Notes under the pieces: model-generated
Seen by the model: the letters and a program-made list of their open reading frames with translations, nothing else
Told to the model about the DNA's origin: nothing
Database searches by the model: none
Shown here: one piece after another, positions 10,120 to 20,721 of the stretch
How the letters are laid out: the number at the start of each line of letters is the position of its first letter
Position numbering within the stretch: the stretch's first letter is position 1
Made by a program: the position numbers and the translations under genes
Assembly: GCA_047495785.1 (NCBI GenBank)
Contig: JBLDXI010000013.1
Location: 1-64,000, forward strand
Length of the DNA: 64,000 bases
DNA from: Lepidodermella squamata
Taxonomy: Eukaryota > Animalia > Gastrotricha
Direction: 5' to 3'

Positions 10120-10197
10120 CTAACCCTAACCCTAACCCTAACCCTAACCCTAACCCTAACCCTAACCCTAACCCTAACCCTAACCCTAACCCACCCC
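10120..10197 (+). repeat. Interstitial telomeric tract between PLE copies 2 and 3
   Basis: (CCCTAA)~12 ending CCCACCCC. Confidence 0.97.
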
Positions 10198-12339
10198 ACG
10201 CGCTTCGTTACCTTGCTACGCCTTACGGACGAATTCCTGGCACTCGAGTTGGCCACGAATGGGACCATCGATGGTCCTCCTACCCAGCCTGGTGCTGCTG
10301 GCACGTCCTCAGGTAGGAAAATTAGCGATTCTACTTTTTCCCTAAGTACGAACTGTTTAACATGGGCAGATTTAGATTTCTTTAATTGCGAAGCCCTGAA
10401 AACCAATTCAAAATTCATTATTGACTTTTTATTTGCACGCCCCAGCGTATGGTACCTAACCTGTAGAATGGAACCCGGGCATCCAATGCGATGCCTTCGC
10501 TCCAATTTTCAAAACAACAAACTTTGGGTTCTTTGTCAGGAACATGCCTCTTGCTTTCACTCTGAAAAACAATTATGGTTTCACTTGGAGAATTGCCACC
10601 TACAGGATCTCTTTATTATCGAGGACATTCCTCGGCTTACCTCGCATTTATACGGGGTTAACATTTCTCTAATGGATAAATTACCAATCCACTCCTCGTC
10701 CCAACCAGCTTTGAATTTATCTGAGGACAATAAAAAATGGGAGAAGAAAGGTGTTATTGACCTCACCGGGAAACTATCTATCGAGTTAAAAAACCAGCTA
10801 TCCAAAGGTTTAAAATTTGTTAAACTTACTCGTAGTGATCTCCGTAATTCCATTTTTGAAGCAAAGGAAAAAATCGATGAACTCAAAGTAAAATTGAGTC
10901 GCAAATTGAGAAGAGACCTAAATTTAAAGCTCCGTAATGAGCTATCTAGTCTCAATAATGATATCCCCAACGTACCCTCAGATGTCTGGATTACCAAGAG
11001 CGATAAGGGCAATGTAGTGGTTGCAATCGCTAAAAATACCTACTGTAAAATGGGTGAGAAATTTCTTAACAATGCGACTACCTTTCGTAAGACTGAAACT
11101 GATGGCTTTACGGAATTCAGAAAATCTATCAATGACCTTAGAACAGAATGGCTAGCCTTCTCCCCTGATACCCTCAATAAATGGAAAAAAGTCTTTGTCA
11201 AATCGAAAAACCTCCGCACGAAATTCATTTACTTTCTTCCAAAACTCCACAAAGCAGCCGATGATGAAAGTCTTCTGAAAGTAAGACCCATCACCGACGG
11301 AACTAATACCTACACCTCTCAAGCTGACAAAACTCTGTATAAAAAATTACGTAAGGCAAGACTTAGCTTGACAACGGTCGTACACAGTAGCACAGAGGTT
11401 CTTAGCGAAATTCGGGCCTTGAATGATAGTGGAAAAAACCTGGATGAAGCAATCATCTGCACCGCTGATATCAGCGACATGTACAACCAAATCCCCCTTT
11501 TTGAAGCCGTAGACGGAGTGGCTTCCTACCTCAGAGAGCACGATATCCTAGAACCTGTTGAAAGACGCTTAGTATGCAAAGCCATTTACATTGTTTTGAG
11601 CTCAAGTTCTGTCAAATTCAATGACAAGTGGTATCGCCAAATTCAGGGTCTAGCTATGGGTGGTCATCTCTCCCCTTGGGTTGCTAATAATTGGCTCTAC
11701 ATACTTGAACGCAACCTGTGGATAATCCACTCACCCTTAGTAGGCTGTCGGTATCTTGATGACCTATTATCCATTTTTCTCAACAACCAGCGATCTGCTG
11801 AATTCATGAAAGAATACAGCCGTCTGCACCCCAATATAAAATTGGAAATTAACACTTCGGAGCATAGCGCCCAGTATTTGGACCTTATCATCTATAAGAA
11901 AGATGGTCGTGTAGAAACCGGTGTCTACTTCAAACCAACTGATAGCCTCTCTCTACTGAGCAACGGTTCGGAACACCCATCTCACATTTTTTCCGGAGTG
12001 ATAGAATCACAAATCTTGAGATACTCCCGAATTGCCTCAACTTTCAAAGACTGGGCTATAGCGGTACTCAGCCTATGTCATAGCCTCCTGAGAAGGGGAT
12101 ATACATGGACACTTGTGGCATCAACCATCAAGGGCACCTTGAAAAAATTGGAGAATAAGGAATGGCCCTTCATTAATAAGAAACTAACAAATAAACCATA
12201 CGAAACAATGCACGTCCTGCACTACGCAAAATCCCTTGAACCCGTATATAAAACCATTAAAAAACATGGTCGATTGGCACTTAAGCTGAATAAAAATAAT
12301 AGAAAGCGTTTCACCAAATCTGAATTTTCAGGAATGTAA
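10198..12339 (+). CDS. PLE RT, copy 3 (N-terminally truncated, RT domain uninterrupted)
   Basis: 708-aa ORF that differs from copy 2 at only about three residues. Confidence 0.85.
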   Translation, partial: TRFVTLLRLTDEFLALELATNGTIDGPPTQPGAAGTSSGRKISDSTFSLSTNCLTWADLDFFNCEALKTNSKFIIDFLFARPSVWYLTCRMEPGHPMRCLRSNFQNNKLWVLCQEHASCFHSEKQLWFHLENCHLQDLFIIEDIPRLTSHLYGVNISLMDKLPIHSSSQPALNLSEDNKKWEKKGVIDLTGKLSIELKNQLSKGLKFVKLTRSDLRNSIFEAKEKIDELKVKLSRKLRRDLNLKLRNELSSLNNDIPNVPSDVWITKSDKGNVVVAIAKNTYCKMGEKFLNNATTFRKTETDGFTEFRKSINDLRTEWLAFSPDTLNKWKKVFVKSKNLRTKFIYFLPKLHKAADDESLLKVRPITDGTNTYTSQADKTLYKKLRKARLSLTTVVHSSTEVLSEIRALNDSGKNLDEAIICTADISDMYNQIPLFEAVDGVASYLREHDILEPVERRLVCKAIYIVLSSSSVKFNDKWYRQIQGLAMGGHLSPWVANNWLYILERNLWIIHSPLVGCRYLDDLLSIFLNNQRSAEFMKEYSRLHPNIKLEINTSEHSAQYLDLIIYKKDGRVETGVYFKPTDSLSLLSNGSEHPSHIFSGVIESQILRYSRIASTFKDWAIAVLSLCHSLLRRGYTWTLVASTIKGTLKKLENKEWPFINKKLTNKPYETMHVLHYAKSLEPVYKTIKKHGRLALKLNKNNRKRFTKSEFSGM

Positions 12340-12502
12340 TGGTTGGTACCCAGCAATGCGAGCCTATTAGCTGGCAGCCTCAACAACACGCTGATGTGAA
12401 ATGATGATATTTGACTACAAATAAAAGAGAAAGGGGAATTACCACTGTCTTTTGAATTACTTTGGTTGCTAATCATGATCGTAACTTTACTCTTATACTC
12501 AG

Positions 12503-13539
12503 ACTGGATCACCGGTAAGGAGTTTAGCTTCGGCCTCGTCATGGACGCCAAGCGATATGCCCCACCGGGTGGTTTTCGCGCCCCAGTACCATCACCAGTC
12601 ACCTTCGGTCATCCGACGGTCGTCAGGCGTTCTTCGACGCCTTTGGTCGCACCGCGCCCGGCTGAAACGCCTCTTGACTCAGATACGGATAGTGACTCAT
12701 CAGAAGATGCGTTGCTTATGCCTGCCAACTCGGAACAGATCAGTGTTGAACCAGCAGACCTTGATGTCTCTATCCTGAACCCGCCTTTCGATCAGGCGAT
12801 CGGGAGCATCGATTTAGTCGTCGCCCCAGCTGCCAGTGTTTCACCGATAGCCAGCGTCTCACATCCCACGGCCGTCGACCTGGATCTTTTTGCAATTCCC
12901 GGTACACCCGCACTTACAGAACCACCAGTACGTAATGCGGACTTGGAGACAATGGCTAATGAGAACATCGATGTCGACGCACCTGGTACTTCATCCACTC
13001 CGATGCTATCTGCCGTACGCGAGGATGTCGATATCGATACGCCTGGTACTTCCTTCCCTCCGATGCTAGTTGCTGTAGCAGCTCCAACTCCACAAACCGG
13101 CGGCAAGCGCGTGCTGTCGTCTACTTGCTTCTTTCGTTCGCCAAGTGTGACTTCCTCGGGTCTGGCAAAACGAACCAAGGCTAATGTCACATGTGAATCA
13201 GATGTCGAAGATGATGACGATTTCTCCGTCACCTCAACACCGACGACATCCCAAGTTTCGAAGGCCCACAAGGTCAGTGGATCGCTACGTTACGAAGCGG
13301 AAAAACGGTTTTGGTTGGAACTCGTGGCCGATCCGGCTTGGATCGGCAAAGTGTTGTTCGTCAAGCCGGCAAAGGGTGAATTGATTTGTAAAATCAAGAA
13401 TTGCGGTTTCGGCTGCGTGAAAATAGGTGGTATGATCGGACACTTCACTGCCACGCATCCCTCAATGGCGCCGACGGCTACACGGCTGGCTGACCTGCGC
13501 ACAGAGAAAATGGCACTTCACTTATCGAAGCTGAAGTAA
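12503..13539 (+). CDS. PLE zinc-finger ORF, copy 3
   Basis: Same as 7128-8164 with one I/V change. Confidence 0.75.
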
Positions 13540-14614
13540 CTGAACAATTTCCTGATGTTTTGTTGTCTTTTTTCTTGTTGATGAATGCCTGTAGGCGAGA
13601 AATTGTTGAATTGTTGAACGATGAACACAGGCTCTGGAATAAAATGAAATGTTGAAACTAGATTTGGCTGTCTTTTGTTTTTTACTTGGTGTCAAAAAGA
13701 GTCTAAACTTGCTGTCTTATTGAAAGGTCAAAGCCAGGCAAAACCTTCACAGATGAATTAAAAAAATCTCTTGTTTCAACGGCGGATCTCAGGAAAGTCG
13801 ATACTCAGATAAATTAAAAAAGGATCACCCTAAAAAACTAATGGGTCAGGATAGTATGAGGCAGCATGGGAATCATCTCCGTCTGCGTGAAGAGGGAGGG
13901 ATAATGTCATAGTACTAAACGAGTACTCAATACAGCAGGAACACGGGATTGTCAACAAGACATATGATACTGCCTATTTGGGTCCCTACCCCAACCATAT
14001 CTACATATAGGGAATGAATACTAAGATAGCGGAGTAGACAATAGAGATACTGAGGGTAGGATAACGAGACTAAAACCCGGAGATAGGGCAAGATCTATCT
14101 CTATCTCTATCCCTATCTCTATCTCTATCCCTATCCATATCCCTATCCCTATCCTTATCCTTATCCCTATCCTTATCCTTATCCTTATCCTTATCCCTAT
14201 CCCTATCCGTATCCTTATCCTTATCCTTATCCCTATCCCTATCCCTATCCGTATCCGTATCTCTATCCCTATCCCTATCCCTATCCCTATCCCTATCCCT
14301 ATCCTTATCTCTATCCACACCCCTATCCTTATCTTGATCTATGATAAGAATATGATTAGAGATTGTGGAGATAAGAGGGCGGGAGAGCCGGAGGAAGGGC
14401 ATATGAGTACATTTGGCATTTATTTCAACTACTTCGAAGTTGGAAAACCTATTCCGAACTTCATCCCTATTCTGGCTAGGATGACCTTGAAATAGCATGC
14501 GGCTATTATTCCCGCCAAAAGCCATGTGCTCGCCACGTGGCGCAGTAGAAAGACGGTAGCGCTGTTTATAAACGCTGCTCATTCGATTCATTATCTCTAC
14601 GCTTAACAAATACT

Positions 14615-14685
14615 AGCAACTGAAGTCACTGATGAGCCTGTTACCCCCAGGCGAAACCGGTCTGACTATTCACGGGGTTGTTGCT
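14615..14685 (+). ncRNA. Type I hammerhead ribozyme (PLE copy 3)
   Basis: Same core and helices as the other copies. Predicted cleavage after 14662. Confidence 0.93.
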
Positions 14686-15518
14686 TTTTCATTCTAGACT
14701 GTTTTTTCGAGTATAGCCAGTTATAAATGGCATTTTTCCGCATAATTTTAATTGTTTTATTTATAGCTATTGCTTCCCTATACGGGTGGCTGCCTTTTAT
14801 TTTACTTCCCTATATGGGTGGTCATGGCTTGAACAATTATAGGTTATAACTGGTATTATTTCTTAGATAATTACGTGAAATAATACCGTTATATTATGGT
14901 TTTTTTCAAATTGTCCTCTCTATTTTTGCAGCTATTGCTTCCCTTTATGGGTGGCTGTTTTTGATTTGCTTCCCTGTAAGGGTGGCCTTGTCCATTTTAC
15001 TACCCAGACGGGTGCTAAAATTATTATAAGCTTCCCTTTATGGGTGGCTATGTCATTTATGCCATGTTCTCACTAGAGGCATGTCGCATTTTTGAGCGCA
15101 ATTAGCGTCATCTCTACTGTTTTGCTCAATAATAACATTGTTATGTTCTCCTTTTTAGAAGAATATTACTGAAAGTAATTACGTCCACAGCGAGATCGAC
15201 TCTACCAACACCTTTGCCAAAAACTGAGGTAAATTGTGCCTTTCCATTTCATTTTTAGAGATTATTTAACGATAGAGAGGATTTGTGACGTTTTCGTCCC
15301 TATCCCTATCTCTATCCCTATCCCTATCTCTATCCCTATCCCTATCCCTATCTCTATCTCCATCCCTATCTCTATCTCTATCCCTATTTGTGGATTGATA
15401 GTCATTTTCATAATAGGAAAGGGATTTTCCGCTATTTTTCGAGATTAACTGCGTCTCAAGTAGCATTAGAGCTAACTGCCGGGGTGCTTAGGCTACCTGT
15501 CTGGTAATTCTCTCCTAA

Positions 15519-15710
15519 CTAACCCTAACCCTAACCCTAACCCAACCCACACTAACCCTAACCCTAACCCTAACCCTAACCCTAACCCTAACCCTAACCC
15601 TAACCCTAACCCTAACCCTAACCCTAACCCTAACCCTAACCCTAACCCTAACCCTAACCCAACCCTAACCCCCTAACCCTAACCCTAACCCTAACCCTAA
15701 CCCTAACCCC
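15519..15710 (+). repeat. Interstitial telomeric tract with variant units
   Basis: (CCCTAA)n with CCCAA, CCCACACTAA and CCCCCTAA variants. Confidence 0.97.
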
Positions 15711-16659
15711 AATCTTGAAACACATCATCAAAAAACACCCGGGCAACACTAGTAACGCTGAATCCATGTGTGCAAATTACTTCAGAGCCTTCAACATTCA
15801 ATCATTCGGCTGGTTGGATATAGCTGATTTGTTAGCCAGGTACCCTCTGCGTAAAAAATGATGACAGGGAAAATAACTGTTTACCACCGTGTACCATTTA
15901 TCAACCGTTTCAAATTATGTTCCTAACTAAATGTATGCATATTGTTGGCTCTTGGAAAGACAAAATAAAGGAAGAACTTGTTGATTTTATCAGTTGTTAA
16001 ACATTTTTACTGCGGATACGGATAAGCAAATGTAACCGAATCAACTAATAAAAGAACGTATTGTAAAGAAATTGTGTGCCTTTTTTATAAGAAAGTAAAC
16101 ACATTCCATTGTTTTCCAAACAAATTACCTTGGAGACACAGACCCAACATAGCGCGGCAAAACAGAAAAACATAAATATTCAATCGATAGTTCAAAATAT
16201 CGATAGTTGGTGCAGGTTTACAATTATTGGATGAGCAAGATACTGGACAAGTTATTAGGGTTGAGAATTGATTCCAGCTTGATGGAAACTTGAATTATTT
16301 AATTTGGTCGTAATTTCTGAAATTCTACGGTGAATTGGGATTGCAAAACCCACACCTACCCTAAACTAACCCTAACCAGAACCCTGAACCTAACCGAAAC
16401 CAGAACCTTCCTGAACGGAAGGCTAGTCGCCTAAATCGCCGTATTGGGATTGCGAAACCCACACCTACCCTGAACTAACCCTAACCAGAACCCTGAAACT
16501 AACCTTAACCAGTTCCCTCCTGAACTGAAGGTTGATCGGAAGTTTCCTGAGCTGCAGGCTAAACGGAACCCTCCTGAAGCGAAAGCCTGGACATGATCCT
16601 GATCACGTATTTGTGCTTTGAGAACATGAATGCGGACATTTCATACTCTGTAAAATCTA

Positions 16660-19600
16660 GTTTGCCCTTCGAATTTCATGTCAACTTGATAGATTCTCAG
16701 CCAATTTCAGAATTATTCACAGGCATAGTGTTATAAGGTCTCCAGATGACGAATAGGTCGCCTAAAACCATGTACGGTTAACGGTAAAAGCTCCAAATAG
16801 GTTCAAGATGACCTATTTTGAGTTTGAGATATTCACTTTTGGCATTTCAAAATAATTCATAATTTCTCGGATCTTCAGTCAATTGGCGATTAAGCGCATG
16901 GAAATAGTATTATCGGGTCCGCTGATGGCGGAAATGTGGTCGAAAATCATGTTTGGTCAACGGAAAAGGTTCCAGATCGATTCCAGATGACCTTATTTAA
17001 TTTTAAGAATTTCACCTTTGGTACTGCCAAAGAAATTCATATTTATTCGGATCTTGGGTGAATTTTCTAGCGTTGGAATGGAAATCATATTTTCGGATCC
17101 GCCGATCAAGATAATGTGGTCAAAACCCTTGCACGGTGAACAGAAAAGGTTTCAGATCGATTCCAAGTGTGCTATTTTGAGATCCTAAAATTGACTTTTG
17201 GCATTTCAAATAATTTCATAATTTTTCGGATCATCATGCATTTCTTGATTAAACTGTTGGACATGGCGTTATCGAGTCCGCTTAACGCGGGGATGTGGTC
17301 AGTGGATATGTTCGGCCAATGACAAAGGTTCCAGATCGATTCCAAGTGACCTACTTCAGTTTTCAGATTTTCACTTTCGGATTTTATAAAAATATTGATT
17401 ATCCCTCGGATCTTCAGGCGGTTGTCGATTAATCAAATAAGCATCATCGGGTCCACCAACAACGATTGTGGGGTTGAGACCATGCACTGGTAACGTAAAA
17501 GGTTCCAGCGAGGTACCAATTGACCTTTGTGAGTAATGTAGAAGCCATGTTTGGCTTTTCAAATTTCATCTCAACATGACGAATCCTAAGCCAATTTGTG
17601 AATTATTTACAGGAATCGTGCTATCAGGTCCGCTGATGGCGATTACGTGGTTGAAAACCATGTACGGTGAAGGGAAAAGGTTCCAGATCGTTCAAAAATG
17701 ACCCATTTTGAGTTCGATCTGGTCACGGTTGACGTTTCAAATTTCATCTAAACTTACCGGATTCGGAGCCAATTGGTGAAATATTGACAGGAATAGTACT
17801 TTCAAGACAGCTGATGACGAATATCAAGTCGAAAAACACACCCGATTCGAGATAAAGGTTCCAGATCGATCCCAAATGACATACTTTAAGTTGGAAATTA
17901 TCACTTTTGGACTATTTGGACCTTTCAAAATAGTCAGGGATTTCTCGGATTCCCATGCTTTTGCCGATTAAATACATGGAATTGGTACTTTCAGGGCTCC
18001 TGAGCACGAATATGATGCCAGATTCGCGAGGGAATCTCGGAAAAAGGTTCCAGGTCGTTTCCAAATGACCTAGTTTGAACTTGATGTTTTGTAATTAAGC
18101 ATTTCGAAATTATTCATGAATTCTCGGATCTTGAGGGGATTTTCGGCTATTGGAATGAAATAGTACTATCGGGTCAACCGATCATGAATGTGTCGTCCAA
18201 ACCTTGGTACGGTGAACAAAAAAAGGTTCCAGAACGATTCCAAGTGACCCACTTCGGGCTTCAAATGTTCACTTTTGGCATCTTAAAATAATTCATTATT
18301 CCTCGAATTTTCTGGCACTGGTCGATTAATCGCATGGAAATAGTATTATCGGGTCCGCTAATGACGATTACGTGGTTGAAAACCATGTACGGTGAAGGGA
18401 AAAGGTTCCAGATCGGTTCCAGATGGCCTATTTTGAGATCGACCTGGTCACGGTTGACCTTTCAAATTTCATCTATACTTCCCGGATTCTTGGTCACTTC
18501 GTGAATAAATCGCGGGAATAGTAATGTCAGGTCCGCCGATAAAGAATATCAAATCGGATTAAGAAGGCTGTCTACCATAAAGGTTCCAGAGCGAATCGAA
18601 ATCACCTATTTTGAAGTTGAAAATAATTTGTTACCTTTCAGTTTTGATTTTAACTTGACGGATCCTGAGCCATTTGGTGAGAAATTTACGGGAATAGCAC
18701 AATCAGGTCCGCTGATGAGGAATATCAAGTCGAAAAACACACCCGATTCGCGATAAAAGATCCAGATCGATCCCAAATGACCTACTTGGATTTTTAAATT
18801 TTCATGTTTGACCTTTCAAATGGGTTGTTAAATTGTCGGATTCTTCGCCAATTTGTGAATAATTTACAGGAATCATGATATGAGGTCCGCTGATGACGAT
18901 AACGTGGTTGAAAACCGTGTACGGTGAAGGGAAAAGGTTCCAGACCGATCCCAAATGACCTACTTTGACTTTTAAATTTTCATGATTGACCTTTCAAATT
19001 TGATCTTAACTTATCGGATTCTCGGCCAGTTTGTGAATAATTTACAGGAATCGTGCTATCAGGTCCGCTGATGGCGATTACGTGGTTGAAAACCATGTAC
19101 GGTGAAGGGAAAAGGTTCCAGATCGTTCAAAAATGACCCATTTTGAGTTCGATCTGGTCACCGTTGACGTTTCAAATTTCATCTAAACTTACCGGATTCA
19201 GAACCAATTGGTGAAATATTTATGGGAATAGTACTTTCGAGTCAGCTGATGACGAATATCAGGTCGGATCAAGACGGCTGTCGACAATAAAGGTTCCGGA
19301 GCGAACTAAAATCATCGATTTCGAAATTGGGATTTTCACTTTTGGCATTTCAAAATAATTCATAACTTCTCGGATCTTCAGTCAATTGCCGATTAATCGC
19401 ATGGAAATAGCAATATCGGGTCCGCTGATGACGGAAATATGGTTGAAAACCATGTACGGTGAAGGGAAAAGGTTCCAGATCGGTTCCAGATGACCTACTT
19501 TGAGATTTTAAAATTTCACTTCGTCCGGTTCAAATTCTTCAACAATTCCGGTGATCCTGAGTTAACTGTTGATTAAACACAAAGAATAAGTAAAATAGGG

Positions 19601-19690
19601 TCCGCTGATCACGGAAATCATATCCAAAACGAGGTGCGTCTAATATTGAGGGTTCCAGATTTATTTAACGTGACCTGTTGGGTCATAATT
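16660..19690 (+). repeat. ~179-bp satellite, ~17 diverged monomers
   Basis: The AGGTTCCAG anchor recurs about every 174-189 bp. Same-order arrays are at ~21500-24720, ~27240-30460 and ~32990-35957. Confidence 0.93.
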
Positions 19691-20289
19691 TTGTGAAATT
19701 ACTTGCTCATTTATTTCGCTTGTTAAGTTTTCATTCCCGCTGAATACGATTGGCGTAACGAGGAGGTGCCCCTTCAGGGGATGCATCTGCACTTGTCAGT
19801 TTTGCCCGCTTCTTGTGTTCATGCTGTAATTTGTAGTTGGATTTTGAAAAATATCTTGGAAATAATTTTTTATGTGCTCTAGTTTGCACGTGACTTGAGC
19901 TTGGAATCTTATTTGATTCATAAAGGATGACTCGCTAATTAAATACAACGCATGAATAAGATCCATGTGACTTGACTTGGCACGACGATTGGCAAAATCT
20001 GGCAACAGAATAATTTACGCAGCCATTCAATCAAAAAAGCTTATAAAAGTCTTTCTCGAAGACTGTAAAATTATCAATCGCCTTCAACAGCACTATCTGT
20101 TAAACTTTGTTTTCAACATATAGTAAGTTTGAGGACACTAGTGTAAAACCCTTCATAACTTTTGCTTCAACGTTTGACGAATATTACCTAAGTAATTTTT
20201 TCAAAGTTATGAAACTGTTCCAAGGCAGTAGACTTATGTTGAAATGTTTACAATTTATTTATTTCTAATTCTATCCTTTGTAATTTCCC

Positions 20290-20461
20290 TGACTCCCCTG
20301 GGTCATGGTGAAATATTGAGAATTTGCCTGACTCCCCTGGGTCACGGTAAAATAAATAATTTCCCTGACTCCCCTGGGTCATGGTGAAATATTAATAATT
20401 TGCCTGACTCCCCTGGGTCATGGTAAAATAATTTCAAACAGAAAATGACTCCCCTGGGTCA
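20290..20461 (+). repeat. Four TGACTCCCCTGGGTCA hairpin repeats (L unit)
   Basis: Direct read. Also at 25331-25464 and 31072-31205, with a single copy at ~35982-35997. Confidence 0.9.
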
Positions 20462-20721
20462 TTCTTCTGATTTATTTTGAATACAATTTTTGTCCGAGTT
20501 CCTTTGAGCCATTTGTCGGGAATTTTTATCGGATCTCAGTATTATCGCGGAGTGGTTAGGGACACATAATTTTTGTGATGAAGAATTATCATAAACATAA
20601 AAATGATGCTCATCTTGGATCCCTATGATGGAGTAATGGTAGGGCCCGGTTTGACTCTCGGTAAAACGAGAGGCCCCGGTTTGCAGCTCGTCTGTATTAA
20701 ACTATTACCAATAACCCTAAC

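Larger units (their letters stand above)
3899..10130 (+). mobile_element. Endonuclease-deficient Penelope-like element, copy 2 (full ~6.23-kb unit)
   Basis: Contains the ORF1 exons, RT, zinc-finger ORF, microsatellites, hammerhead and hairpin array. It ends at CTAACCCTAAC (10120-10130) followed by telomeric repeats. Confidence 0.95.
10198..15529 (+). mobile_element. Endonuclease-deficient Penelope-like element, copy 3 (5'-truncated at position equivalent to 4823)
   Basis: Near-identical to 4823-10130 with scattered SNPs, and has the same 3' end at CTAACCCTAAC. Confidence 0.95.
15711..20721 (+). mobile_element. Subtelomeric L unit 1 (non-coding, satellite-bearing, putative non-autonomous telomeric retroelement)
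   Basis: Order of parts: unique 5' part, degenerate telomere-like segment (~16350-16580), ~17 satellite monomers, hairpin array, 3' domain ending TAACCCTAAC (20712-20721). It reads through into L2. The repeat itself is certain; mobility is inferred. Confidence 0.6.
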
